64,000 nucleotides of DNA from positions 124,001 to 188,000 of the forward strand of contig JAAILG010000025.1 in assembly GCA_012026655.1 (NCBI GenBank). Reading direction: 5' to 3'. This stretch comes from Hydrolagus affinis (lineage: Eukaryota). The notes beneath the pieces were generated by a model. It saw only the letters and a list, made by a program, of their open reading frames with translations, made no database searches and was not told where the DNA came from. The translations under genes were made by a program, and so were the position numbers. Below are positions 13,166 to 27,017 of the stretch, piece by piece; within the stretch, counting starts at the first letter, position 1; every line of letters begins with the position of its first letter.

Positions 13166-16064
13166 ATTGACAGGCCTTCGACTGCTAAATTTAATCAATG
13201 AACCAAAACGTCCGACAGCAGTGGCCTAAAATCCTGGTTCATTTACACATTAAACTCTCTAATGAAATTTACTATCTCTTGTTTCTCCTTTCCCCAATTT
13301 GCCTAATCTATTTTTTATATTCACAGTCCATTAGGTTCCTCCTCTCTCTGCAAATCTACACATGGTTTTATAGGTTGGAGGGTGGAGGGGTGGTGGTGGG
13401 GGTTCATGACCCCCTTCTTATTATTCCTTCTCAAATTGGTAATTTATCAGTGAAAGGGATGGCAACTTGTTCCCAGGGCATTGGCGGCCAGCGCAGCTTT
13501 TGAACTGGTTACAGGGAGAGTGTGAGCGCTGAGTGTGTGGAGTGAGCCGCCTCCTCTTTGTTCTTCGCTCGCTCCACTTGGCACACTTCCCAATGAGCCA
13601 GCTGTGATCAGGCAGCTCACAGTGTGAGGAATTGCAGGGGTTTCAAACCACTTTGTGATGTAACCGCATCAAGCGCGTTGATAACGTGCTGTGCCATCAG
13701 GATGCCCTGTTTTCTTTGATGGTTTTCAGTGCACCACAAAAAAAAAGGTATTTTTTTGTGCCGGGGAGAGAAAAAAAACCTCTCAAAAGTACTCAACAAC
13801 TGGGCCAGGCACACGAGTGATACCAGGTTGAACTTTCCATATCACTGGGAAACTTTCACATTTTAAATCGTTTGCAAAAACCTTTCCTTTAGTGAGTGCG
13901 TTTCAGCAATTATATTAAGTTGGGAACCTATGGCACACATTACAGAGGCTCTCAAGCCATCACACAACTATGAAATAATCCTTATTCCTTGCCAGAGCCT
14001 TTGTCATAATATAGCAATTCACCACAGGAGAATAAACGTTCCCAATTTTTCTAACTGTCCGCCAAAACGAAATATGGCTAGTGTACTTTTTGTTGAAACA
14101 AAACTTTATTTTTTACCAATTTGTTAATGAGTTGATTTGGGTTTTGATGCCAAACTGCAGGTTTTTTTTTTTGTATTTCCCTTCCACTTGTTGCTCATTT
14201 TGAAATACAGAACTCCTTTGTCTTGTGAAGATGTAGTTCCAAAAACAAAAGTGCAGCGAAAATAATTGCCAATTTTCTCCACTCTTGCAAAGGTGAGGTA
14301 TGGTTTAAAACAGTATATCACAACTAGAAACGTACACTTTCCAGCAGAGGTCAGTGGATAATGATCAGAACAGAGAGTGACGTAAATATCCAGGTCCAAA
14401 ATCTGTTTCAAAACTGTAATTATTTTTTACCACCTGGAAAGGGTTAGCAGAAAGGTGTTGGGGGTCAGGCAACTGGACTCATTTGAAAAACCACAGTAAT
14501 GAGAAGATAGTAGAGTGGGTATTCTGGAAGGTTGAGATCATAAGGACCGAAGGAAGTTCTTCATCCAAACTCCTCCTTGCGATGTCCCAATATGGTTTTC
14601 AATCAGGATAGCTTTACCGCTAATGCAACCACAAATTGAATAAATAGTTTTCAGCAATTCTTATCAAAGGGTTTCTGGCAGATTAGCTTTGAAATGGTCC
14701 GACTTTGATCCGTGAAACATTGCAAATGTTTGAGCAATTGCCACTATCCTTACTTTGTGGCTGAATCTTCACACAGCAAATAGAAGTGACCTGTATCAAA
14801 ATGGCAGAGGCAATTGGGTTTCAAAGCCTGTGATTCTATAATTGGTTTAACATTTAATGCATTGAATTTGCTTTCAGAATGCAAGATTTTCGACTGCGGT
14901 GTATTTACGAAAGTGTTTTAAAATGATATCATTCCTGATATTTTTCAACCAGAATATAAATAGTTTTACTGAGGTATATGATACTCTATAAGTACCGATT
15001 TTTTTTACCACTATTAATTAATTCAATTAATTCAAAACTCTGCAGGTTCAAAGTGCAAATTCTTCCATTAGCTTTCCATTATTGGAACTGTCACGTCAAT
15101 GCCCCAAATTCCTGCAGATGCCTTTCTGTTTTAACTGCCCACATGTGCGCAACTCAAAATAAGTCTTAAACTGAGAGAATTCCAAAACTTTGGAATCGAT
15201 CCAATTGACCTCAATTTGAAACCGATTGTATTTGGAAACGATTTTTCAGCCCATAAAATGGCATTAAGATACTTTTTGTTGCATGAAACAAGACAGCACT
15301 TTGCATTGTGCTCCAAGACTTTGGACTTTGTTGCGTTTCAACATGCAAACAGTTGGCCTACAGTATTTGCTGCAGGATTAATGCACATTTATTCCAACTA
15401 TGCTGCTATGGTGCTGTGAGTCCCAATGTAGGCGTTAGTTAATAAAAACCTCAATCTCAAGTCTTGTAATACTTTACATAATAACAAGCGCCACCTGCTG
15501 ATTTTTTGAATGCATTACCCTTTAAGCACAGTGTCCTTACAAAAGATTACAATGGTTGTTTTGGTCTCAGCTACAACCATAGGGACAAAGTTATTTAAGT
15601 ATTTGACCAGCGAAGAATGAGTCTTTATGTATTGCAATATTGCTCCTCTGCTCTTCTGTGCCTCTGCACACTTTGGCCTTTGCCAGTAAATAACCTTCTG
15701 CGAGATTTATGTTGAGTCGAGAGCTAACAAAGTTTGTATCGTTGACCTGCTGATGAAGTTGTTAAAAGGACTTTGCCATCAGATAATCTCAGGATGTCTT
15801 TCTCTGTGGAATCTATCTAGGCTGATGCTTCGGTAGCAGAAAACCTCTTCTCCACTGCACAGTAGCCCAGTAAAAAGTAGCCCATTAAAAGCCAGCACTT
15901 AAGTTGACACTTAAAGACGGAGAAGGATGATGGTTACATGTGCAATTTGGAGGGACGGGGAGACTCCAAACACACACACTTTGAAAACCTACACGACAGC
16001 AGATATTATAGCGGTACATCTTGAGGAAATGATCGCCAGCTGTTGTGGTGATATCAGTTGATGT

Positions 16065-16390
16065 GGAGTTCCTGTAACTCAGTGGTTAGAGCACCCGTCT
16101 TACAAGTGTGAGACCCGTATTCAAATCCGGGCAGATCAGGGCGAAACCTTGGGCAAGTTTCCTTACTCCACGTGCCCAATAATAATCCCTCCCCCAAAAA
16201 AACACAATAATAAAAATTGGTCATTTTCAATCCATGACTGTTTGTGGGACACTGCTGTGTGCAATTGGCTGCCCCGTTTCTCCCACGAATGTACGGTCAA
16301 TTCACTTTACAGTATATTCTGTGAAATGCTCTGAGACGTCGATAAGATGTGAAAAGTGCTATATCAAATGCAAGGCTTATTATTATTATT
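16065..16390 (+). mobile_element. Family A SINE, full length
   Basis: ggagttcctgtaactcagtggttagagca head, cttacaa loop, body and (ATT)n tail. Confidence 0.92.
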
Positions 16391-17234
16391 AATAATGCTC
16401 CCTCTCGGTTTTATTTGGGAGCTCAGGTTTTGCTCCCGCTAAATTTTGCCTCTATTTGCTGACTCATAATGAAGTAATGTTTCAATGGGCTTTCTGAATG
16501 TGAGCTCAGGCTATAAGCCTTGACAGGCTGTTTGATGGTGACAAGCAACACAGATTATCAGCAGGTCTTCAAACTTTACGAGCAGAACAATCAGGAAGAG
16601 GAACCCTGACTGATTTCTTGTTTTCACTCAGTTTGCATCGAGCCACCAGCCAGCTAACACTTTTCTAACCGGTGGAAATTGAATGATGGCCAAATAAAGT
16701 CAGTTCAAAAAGTGAACTTTGCTCTGGGTGTGAAGTTAAAAGTCATATAAGAGCGCCTCCCAGAGTTTATCTTGTTTGTTATGATATCAGTTGGCACGTA
16801 CACAATTGTACTGCAATTCCTGCACTGGGCTGACGAAGCATTTTGCCCAGGAACCATTGCCAAAGAAACAAAATCACGACTGCATCGATATTCATCTCTC
16901 ATCAGCTCTGTGTGAACGAACGACGCAGGAAGGTAAATTATATTTTTCAAATTGAAATGGCAGCAGGAGTTGACTTTGCTGGTATGTATCCCATTTTTTT
17001 GTACTCATACGCACTTCCCTTTGAAAATCGCCACTGAGACATGACCCAATCATGACTGAATATCATTGGCATTATACTTTCACTCTCAGTGCTTCTCACA
17101 AGGAAAAGACAGAATAATGCTTCACGGGTACCCTACATCAATCTGTGCTCACTTGGCTTGAAGTAGAAAAATCAAGCTCTAAATGCTTGAAGGCTTTGCA
17201 CTCTTAGCCGTTGTACTTATCTCACCATTATATT

Positions 17235-17551
17235 AATAATAATACTTGCATTTGATATAGTGCTTCTCAGATCTTCTAGACGTCTCAAAGCACTTCCCAG
17301 AATGTACTGTAAAGTGAATTGACTGTATGCTTGTGGGCGAAACGTGGCAGCTAATTGCGCACAGCAGTGTCCCCACAAACAGGCGTGGATTGAAATGACC
17401 AATTTTATTATTGTGTTTTTCTTTGAGAGTTTATTATTAGGCGTGTGGAGTAAGGAAACTTGCCTAAGGTTTTGCCCTGACCCTTCCGGATTCGAACACA
17501 GGTCTGTTGCTTGGAATCCTGTAGCTCTTAACCAGTGAGCTATAGGATTCC
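17235..17551 (-). mobile_element. Family A SINE, full length
   Basis: Reverse complement of the family A sequence. Confidence 0.9.
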
Positions 17552-20500
17552 ACGCACTTATTACACAGTTTCACCTTCGGCATGCGTAACTGGACAAACT
17601 CACTTTTTGTGGCTCCTTGCAACAGAATATCGATGTCATTTAATACAGAAGTGTTCCTGCAAGTGTATGTTTTGCAATTACAGTGTTGGTTTTCAAGTTG
17701 TGTTAAATGGTTCAAGTTGCTTGGAAACTGACATAAATCAGTTTTCTAAAAAGGGGCATGTCAGGAGTTTGTGTCAGGAGTGGCTATTTGTCTGTCAATG
17801 ATCACCCACATATGGTCTAGTGTATTAAACAGACCCGCTGCACCTTGCTTAGCCTTAACGATTAGGTAATGTATCAGGAGCTGTGCTGTGTTTGCATTGC
17901 GTCAGCTCAATATTATAATGGTGACCTTCTTAGTGTACGTTTAATGCAGAGAGCAAGAATTGTGAGTTATCTCAAAAACTCAGTTAATTTTAGCCACCAA
18001 CAACACTTTGCTTCTCGGAACTGACACTTAAATGAAAGATATACTGTACTGAGCTTTCTTTTGGATTTTCAGTTTAGAAGAACTTTTCTGTCCCTTCAGA
18101 ATTGCTGGATTTCAAGGCAGCAACTCTAGTGTACAATGACTTATCGCATGTCTCTACTACTTGCTGTTGAGAGTGGGTCCAGATTGGATCCATCAATAAC
18201 TGTAGCGCACAGATCAACTCGACTGAGATTTTGTAAACATGGTTCAGTATTAGACAGCTTGAGCGAGCACTTCAGCTAAATGTGTTTTTGTGAAGATACA
18301 GCTCTCGAGACTGTCTGAAATGTGAGATCGCTGGTGGATTCATTCTCTCGCGTTGCATCTTTTGAAGTGACCAAGCTGGTTCCTAAAAAGGGTACACGTC
18401 CAGCTTTGCGTCAGGAGTGGTTATTTGTCCGCCATCAGCCGCAGCAACATGTAATGAACTATATAAATGTGACTCTCTGGAGGTGACAAAGGTGAGGAAT
18501 GCAGAATTGCGTTTCCTCCCTACAATTAGTGCTTGTATTTTCCATGAGAAACTGATGAGCTTCGAAGGAAATTGAAAGCATGAACAAAAACCTTGGTTGT
18601 GATCTGAAGCTGTAAAGTGTTAAAATAACAAAATTTAATCCGGTTTATAATGCGTTTCCTCTGGCCGAATAAAGGATTCGTAGACCCTAAGGTCAGGTGC
18701 ATGGATGAGGGAACTGGTTTAAGGAGAGAGGAATATTTGTGGAGTTGTGTAGTCAGACTTCAAGGCGCATAAACTAATTGGAGAAGGGGATGTTCTCATT
18801 ACCAATGAGGGAAGATAACATTGTTTGAGTCATTTGGGATATAAAGTTGAGTCATTTTGCATGTGAGTATGTGTGCCTTGGTCAGTCAATCCTGAAATCA
18901 CTCACAATCGCACTTCTGTCAATTTTACAGATTTGGAATATAAAGTTTATTGTTTGAATCATTATTCATCAAATGAAGAGAGAAATTGTGGGATTGCACA
19001 GATTTCAATTAAACTGCCTATTAAATTTTAGCCAAGATTTTTAATAGTACAGTGCTTACAGCATTTAACTGAATACTTGTATTTGATTGATGCATTTGAT
19101 ATAGCGCCTTATCACATCTTCTAGACATCTTCTTTAGTTGTACTCGATTAAAACTTTAGTCATCATTTAAAATGACCAAACTATATTTTTCATAAAAAGA
19201 TAAGCATTTAACCCTTCACACTGCGTTTAATTATTCCTATTTTGGGATGACATTAAACCTATTAACCTATTAACAATTACTAGATGCTACAACCTTTTTT
19301 GTTGTGACATGGTAGAAATTGATGAATTTTTAAAAATATTTTGGGATATTAATTTAATTTCTGTAGCAAGTAAATGATTTGACCATTAAAAATATCCATA
19401 ATATCTGTCCCCTCTCATAGGCTGTTTGCAACTGGATATCTGTGGTTAAAATGTGTTGCCTTGTAGGTGCTGTGGTTGGAGATTTAGAAGTCTAGCATGT
19501 ATTAATATAGATGAAGTACCATTTGATAATGCAGCGCAAAATGCACTTACTGTTTGGTCAGTGCAGTTTCTTTCGAATGACTAATGTTATGCTCTACTTT
19601 GATGTATTTAAATTGTCCCTTGATGGAAATTGACTTGTTTTCAGTCTTCTGAGAATCCAGTTTATGTGTTCGTGTGTGCCACACTGGGCTGTAAATTTCA
19701 GAAATGTTTACAGTAAACCTGGGGGAAATTAAGAGTGTTTGTCCTGATTGCAGTGTAGTTTGGTTAGCCGAGAAGGGTCTTTAAGATCAAAGGAGATGCA
19801 TCTGTTAGTTGTTGCATCTGTAGAGCTGAGAGGCTAACTCAGCCTGGGCTCATTTGCACGGTTGAACATAACTTGAAAGAGTGGGATGCTGTTCACATGA
19901 GGAAGAACTTCTGGACTGTGAAGAAAGCATGGCCTGAGCCACACTTGGTTACAGATCTGTATACAGCATTTATAAATCAGCAGCAATCCACAGGTGCCCT
20001 GTGAAAGCTGCACACTGTTGGGTTCGACTGGATGAAAAATGGCCATAAATACAATCCACGGGGTTTCAATGCACACTTGGTCCAGTGAGGATTATAAAAC
20101 GGTAGGATATGTTAATACAAGGTTATTTTTGTATTGATTGTACGTTCCCCAAGAAATACTAAAATATGTGAATGTAGTAAAGGGCGCAACCGATCTTCAG
20201 AATTCACCGTGTTTAAATATTTCTGAGGAAGTGCAGTAGTCTTGCGATTGATTTCCCTTAGTAGCAAAACGCTTGTCAAGTTTTTACACAAGGCCTGCAG
20301 GGCGCTCAGTTGGAAAGTTGTTAGATCGTAGAAAAAAGGTGTCCACTTGTTGGGAGTTGGTCCAAGCCTTGACAAAGTGCCCTTTTCTTTATGTAAAGAA
20401 AGAAACAACAGCAACAAACTTGCATTTGTACAGCGGCTTTCGCGTTGGGAGGACATCCCAAACCTCTGGATAATCAGTGTTTCAGCTGCAGATCTCTGAC

Positions 20501-20626
20501 TGCTCTCTGCGGATCTACTTAATAGGATTCCGTGCAATTTGTGCTCATTGCACACATTTACTGAATATCTCAGTGAACCCGTATGATGATACAGTACTTT
20601 TTAAAATATGTATATATATATATTAT

Positions 20627-20928
20627 GGAGACCTATAGCTCAGTGGTTAGAGCACTCGTCTTACAAGCGAGAGATCTGAGTTCAATTCCAGGCAGGGCGA
20701 AACTTTGGGCAAGTTTCCTTACTCTACATGCCTAATAATATTCCCTCCAAATTTTTTAAAAAAAATTGGTCATTTCAATCCACAACTGTTTGCTGCTGTG
20801 CACAATTGGCTGCTGCTTTTCGCCCACATATATACAGTCGATTCACTTAACAGTATATGCTGTGAAGCGCTTTGAGACATCTAAAAGACGTGAAAAGCCC
20901 TATATCAAAATGCAAGGATTATTATTAT
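20627..20928 (+). mobile_element. Family A SINE, full length
   Basis: tagctcagtggttagagcactcgtcttacaagcgaga head, body and tail. Confidence 0.9.
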
Positions 20929-21890
20929 ATATTACGCTTTACAACCAAAGGATCTGATATGGAATGTAGATTTCAGTCAAACCACATTACAAGCCACAAG
21001 CATTTTGTGCACACCTTAAGCAAAACGGCCATACATGTGTGAAAAGCACAAAAAATGCAATTACCATATTGTGCTTCTGTTTTGCTGCGGATCGTGGAAC
21101 AGACGGGCTTTTGTAATTTGAGGTTTTTGGTATTGGTTGGTCTGTGTGAGTAATGCACACAATAGCTATGAATGAAAGTGCTTTGTTCAGAGCAATTTAT
21201 TCTACAGTCCATGTAGCGGATGATTTCTGAATTCTTTTGCCGCTGTGTGAGTGGTACAGAAGGGCATGATTTACAGTGCAGCAAATTGGTTTGTGGTGAA
21301 CACAACTTGCAGTTATGACGAGAAGTTGAAACATTATTTGGAGTAACTGAGGCTGTCGTTCACTTTTGACACTGAACTGTTAGATCGGGTAAGTGACTTT
21401 TGATGTTCTATTTGTCGGTCTGGCATCTCCCAGTGTTGTGTGATCCAACCTGCAGATGAAGTACTGCAAATATAGACAGCAGTCTCTGTTTTTCTGTGTT
21501 TGAGTTCATGTCAGTTAGTCATTTGCTTCAATATGGATGAGTGCAGCTCCCTTTTACTGATCGGTCAAAAAAACAAAGAGGGTCTTATTTGAAGACACAT
21601 TCAAACATCTTTCCAGTCATTGATTTTCTTTTGAATCAAAATAGACCATTGTTATATTTCAGCACAGGTGATCATGTAACAAATGCAGGAGCTAATATTC
21701 GGGCAGTAGAGCACAAGCGATATTTTCTTACATCTATTTCAATTGCACTCGCGTATCACGTTGAAGGAAATGTGCTGTCACATGTCAGTTGGTGATGGCA
21801 GGATTCCGTCAGTCGTTTTACTCAGCTTTTGTCATTTGAAGGTATTCATTGACTTTCCAATCATGGTGTATCTTGCTTACACAGAGATTT

Positions 21891-22072
21891 AATAATAATA
21901 ATCCTCGCATTTGATATAGCACTTTTCACGTCTTCTAGACGTCTCAAAGCGCTTCACAGAATATACTGTAAAGTGAAATGACTGTATATTTGTGGGCGAA
22001 ATGCGGCAGCCAATTGTGCGCAGCAGTGTCCCCCACAAACAGTCGTGGATTGAAATGACCAATTTATTATTG
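21891..22072 (-). mobile_element. Family A SINE, 5'-truncated
   Basis: Tail and Deu-like core only. Confidence 0.88.
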
Positions 22073-22777
22073 TTTGGCAGTGGTGCTCAATTATTTTTCA
22101 CTGATGGTACAAACAATGCTGCGGGTGCTATGAACAATTATCCCACCGCGTAACTTTATCACAGAAGCACCATGGATTCATGTTGTGGACACTGGACTAG
22201 TTGAATCATGACAAAGAGCACTCTTCCGGATTCAATGGTTTAGAAGTACAGTACTTTACTTCCAAGTGTGACATTGAAAAGGGAATAATTATACCTCCAG
22301 GAGAGTTTGATTTATAAAATGACTGTAAGTACTGAATTCACTTCAGTTCAAATTTAAGTACAGACCAGTCGACTTAAAGCAACTGCATATAGTGCAGACT
22401 CAGTCTTTGGTTTCCAGCTATCAATAGCCTTTTTTCCAGTTGTCTTTCCCTGAGCACGTGAAACAGTTTTCAAGGATTTTTTACTGGTTTATTTTTAAAA
22501 GTTCTGTTGTCAGAATCCCGAATGAAGATCACTGTGCAAGACTGACTGATTATGCAGCTTTGTGATTTAAATTTAAATTGACAGCAAGCCAAATGCGTTT
22601 TCAGATTACTCCCAACAGAAAAAAAGAAGACACTTGGGAATCGAGGCTTTCCCCTGAGCGCAGGCCAATTAGTTGTTTAACACTTGGGCTTTCAATATTG
22701 AGAGTCCACAAGTCCTCAGTAACTTGATGTAGATTTTGATGGATGAACTGAAACATTGAATCTCGTTTGTTCAACAG

Positions 22778-22895
22778 ATTTACACCGACTGGGCCAACCA
22801 TTACCTGGCTAAGTCTGGCCACAGGAGACTTATCAGAGACCTACAGCAGGACGTTGCAGATGGTGTGCTCCTGGCTGAGATCATCCAGGTCGTAG
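22778..22895 (+). CDS. NAV2: NAV2 exon, start of CH domain (IYTDWANHYLAKSGHRRLIRDLQQDVADGVLLAEIIQVV)
   Basis: ttcaacag acceptor and G|gtacgt donor; 118 nt, phase 0-1. Near-identical to the NAV2 CH-domain start. Confidence 0.97.
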
Positions 22896-22999
22896 GTACG
22901 TGGAGGACTATTTTTTCTCTCTCAAGGCATGCATTTTTCATAAAGGAAATCTAGTTGATAATGATAATCAAGTTGATGTTTTGGCCTCTGACTGAAATA

Positions 23000-23262
23000 C
23001 AGGCAGTCTTCCCTTAACGTGGATTCGGTCAATGTTGTTTTGATATTACGTTGCTGATGCATAGGGGGATCATATATCCATTTAACGCTGCAAAGTTCAC
23101 TATTATGTCCTTCGCCAGTGGGTGGGAACAAACTACTTTGGGTAGCATAGGTGTATATAAACGCTGAATGTCCGGTATTCTTATACGGGTTCACTTAACA
23201 TCGTTTCGCTTAAAGTCTCACTTTTCAAGAATACAACTATGATGTTAAACGAGGACAAATTG
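23000..23262 (+). mobile_element. Tigger/pogo-like (Tc1-mariner) MITE
   Basis: TA|CAGGCAGTCTTCCCTTAACG...TGTTAAACGAGGACAAATTG|TA: imperfect TIRs flanked by TA. A second copy lies reversed at 42079-42302. Confidence 0.75.
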
Positions 23263-25914
23263 TATAATGAAAACTTATTGCCTATTGTGCCATCAACATA
23301 CACAGTCAATCCCGTTACAGCATATCCTATGAAGCCCTTTGAGACGTCTCAATGACGTGATAAGTCACCACATCAAATGCAATGATTATTATTATTATCA
23401 TCATCAGTTTCATATCATTAGAGACCATGAGTTGCATATCACAGCCCTCCCAAGACGCTAGTTCTGCATGAAGGACGCTATGTAAAATGCAAATTATTGT
23501 AAGCTGGAGTTTACATTCTCAGACATATATTGGTGTGGAATTTCACACCAATTAAAGTTATTTTTATGGTGTAGCGTCCCAGGTTTAATCATTTTTAATT
23601 AATCTTTAAACAAAAGGTTTTTTTTAACATGCTCTTTCATACACAAATTAGGTATTATAATATTAATAATACTTGTATTTGTTTTAGCACCTTTCATGTC
23701 AGGATAACATCTCAAAGCGCTTCACACTTCACCACATTCAGCGCTGGGCTGACAAACATTAGTTCCTTATGTGTACTGAGGCAGTGAGTGTTAGCAAGCT
23801 AATCTCCCATGGGATGATCCCACATAAATATAATCATATCCTCATTTGACATCACACATGCACACACATTCGCATACACACATTGGTTAGCAATGAGAAT
23901 TGGTTAGCAATTCCTCTTCTCCCTCAACAATGTGGATTCCAGTTTGTCGCTCTCCCATTGCTTCGCTGACTGATCCCTGAATTCTGATGAGGGCGTGGCG
24001 TTCACAGTCTGCATGCCTCGGGTTCACACTGGGTCAGTGTCGTGACTTTCCAACTCAGCCGTGAGAAGCTTGGGAGCGGTCACAAATTTTCTGGAACGGA
24101 AATGAAGCTTATGATCATTTCTTTGTCTTTTTTTGAATAACGAAAAATAACAGTTCATGAAACGAATGGTCCGATAAAACAAATGGTGAGATAATTGCAA
24201 TTCTTGTGGTGCCATTTTTCAACCAGAGTGCGAGGACATGACAATGAATTGATGGAAGCATTATATTGTAATGTTAATCACGAAATCCCACTGAGATATA
24301 AGAGGTGTTATCTCTTTTGCGCAAGCGGAGGTTAAAGGAAAAGTGACTCATTTGTATGCATATCTGGCTGGGCGAAAGGACGATTGAAGTCTAATGAGCG
24401 CATTGTCTCCTTTAGCTTTGTCTTGAACCCCCTTTATGCTACAGAAGCGCGTTTGTGAGGAAGCGTTGTGGGATATTGATGGGAAACAGAGGCTTACTGA
24501 TCTCTCTCGTCTCAAGACAAAGGAGATGAGACCAATTATAATGTTTCTGCTGCCCTGGATATCAACTTCAGACCTGGGACTTTCCTGATCAACTGTACCA
24601 CTAAATTAGATACTACCAACTAGGGGGAATCACTGGAGGAAAATCCCTAAAGATAAGTGTTTTAAAAAGGAAATGAAATGCAGTTGACTGAGATTCCAAT
24701 GCCTCTGTACAATTAATTCTCATTCGCACCACAATACAATCTATGGTAAAGAATGGGTAACCTACATTACTATCCATGTTTCGAGGAAATCAAGTGGGTA
24801 CATTTGGAGATTCTGATGCTGACAGTGGTTTGAGTAGAAACTCCTCCGTAATATCTTAATAATAAATCCTTGCGTTTGGTATAGCACCTTATCACATCGT
24901 TGAGACGTCCCTAATCCCTTTACAGACTGTATTGGAAAGTGGATTGACTGTGTATTTTGTGTGGAGGAACCTTTGATTTCCAGTGCACTGTTCAGGAAAC
25001 ACAAATCTCCTGGTTGTTTGTAAGGTGCATTTAATTGTTGCGGGGGCTGGGAAGTTTTGGGCAGGCCAGAGATCCAAAACCTGTGTTGCTGGAATCGACG
25101 GGACAGAAGCAGAGCTGCATTTGGCTGCAGTTCCAGATGGACTCTGTCTCCAAAGGCACCTCTCAAAAACTGAGTCTCAGTCCCTCTGGAGGAAGCTGCG
25201 TCCTTTCCCCCAATTACCTTAGAGAATAGCTGCCAATGTCAGGAATAGCAGCTGGCAAAGTGCTGAGCACCGATGGGGTGTCCATCACAAACACCTTGTC
25301 AAACCCAAAGCGATCAGCAGCTGGTGAAGATGGAGAAGCGGAGGGGTTGTGGGGGGGTGGGGGGAGGTGGACAGGGTGGGGGGAGATCAACTCAGAAGCG
25401 AGAATTAGAAAAAAGAACGTGTCTGATTCTGCCAGCTACACAGACTTTCCACCAAGGCTTCATGTGGTTTCCATCTGTGTTTTCCCAGCCTCTTTGCTGC
25501 CTCTTATGGAATGGTCATGAAACTTTATCCTAACCACTGCAGCATGCCACCACTGATGAGGGCCCGGTGTCTGCAGAGGATTGATGGAATGAAGGAAAAG
25601 AGCAAAGGGGGTGTGGAAAGGGTTAAGGGGAGACCGCTCGTGCAGTTGTCTGCTTTCAGAGGGTGACCTTGCTACTCAGCTGCTGTGGGCTGGGTAGGGA
25701 CAACCCAGAACGAAAAATTTGCGTGAGCGTTTGATGAATCTTAATAGGTCCTGCACACATGTGCTTTGGTGAAGTTGTCTGTTAATGTTAGCAGCATCGT
25801 TAAGAGCGGTAGACAGCAGACAGCGGTTCCCTTTTAGACACTGGCAACAGTTAACGCTCTCAGCATCCGATACCCTGCGTTATTATAATCTCACTGCTTT
25901 TCTTAATGTTTCAG

Positions 25915-25967
25915 CCAATGAAAAGATTGAAGACATCAATGGCTGTCCAAAGAATCGATCTCAGATG
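25915..25967 (+). CDS. NAV2: NAV2 exon, CH domain (ANEKIEDINGCPKNRSQM)
   Basis: tttcag acceptor and ATG|gtaagt donor; 53 nt, phase 1-0. Confidence 0.97.
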
Positions 25968-26861
25968 GTAAGTGTATGATTTTTCCTCCCCACCCCCACC
26001 ACCCCACTCAGTTTGCTCCTCGTTTTAGAAACAGAAATATTATTTCTCCCCCTAATAATTGCACAAACTGTGAAGTTGATGCATGGGAATAACCCATGTT
26101 CAACGATTTCTGTAAGGTTTCTGAATTACTGCAGCCAATATTGAAAGAAGCTTGTTTCAAAACAGAATTTCAGAATTGGGCTCCATGTTGTATGTTTGAG
26201 AATTGTTTTAGATTGGTACTTAGGTAATACATCAATCCAAATTAAAGAAGTAACATGTACAATTAGTTGTGTACATTGCAACAGAGTGAACGGGCAGCAA
26301 AGAATATTATTAACACTATTGCTTTAAATGGTATTTGTTACAAAAATATTGGTAGGACCCTTTAGGCTTCGCAGAATCACTTTAGGTAATTCTGGGAGAG
26401 TTTTAAGTAATGTTGCATGACATCAATTGCCCACCTTTCAAAATAAACTCAGTAAATGTTTCTTGGAAATCAAATCTGTTTATTCATATGGATTCAATGT
26501 CTTGGGACGCACGTTAGCTGGAAATAGAAATAGCTTTGGAATCTTGAGACGCTCGTATTCTTGGTGAAAACGTATTCTTTGTGCCTCCTTTAAAGAAACA
26601 GGCAAGTCACAAATGTGGAAGCGAGTTGCGATTAGTAGTATTGTAACTGTTGGAATAAGTTTGTAAAGTAACCTATATAAGAGGCCCTTCTCCAGACTGG
26701 CACTTGTTTAATCATGGAGTGTCCGTGGGCAGTATCCAAACTCAGGACCGTGGATTAGTTGGTTCTCTGGTCTGGCCATGTTCACTCACACTGCTGAATT
26801 CCCAATCTGGGTTGCAATGCTCCGAGGAAATTAAACAGTATTAAACATTATTACACAATAA

Positions 26862-27017
26862 TAGAGATTGATAGATTTCTTATGGATAGAGGGATTAAGG
26901 GATATGGGAATAAGGCGGGCAGACGGAGTTAAAATAGAAGATCAGTCATGATCTTATTGAATGGTGGGGCAGGTTCGAGGGGCTGAATAGCCTTCTCCTC
27001 CTCCTTGCTCCTATGTA
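26862..27017 (+). mobile_element. CR1-type (shark HER1-like) LINE 3' end
   Basis: gatagatttct...aagggatatggg...gatcagtcatgatcttattgaatggtggggcaggttcgaggggctgaatagcc...cctatg. Confidence 0.75.

Noticed and set aside
21300-21395. Strong donor CGG|gtaagt as another coding first exon
   Set aside because: All three frames hit stops shortly upstream with no later ATG. A non-coding exon cannot be excluded but has no support.
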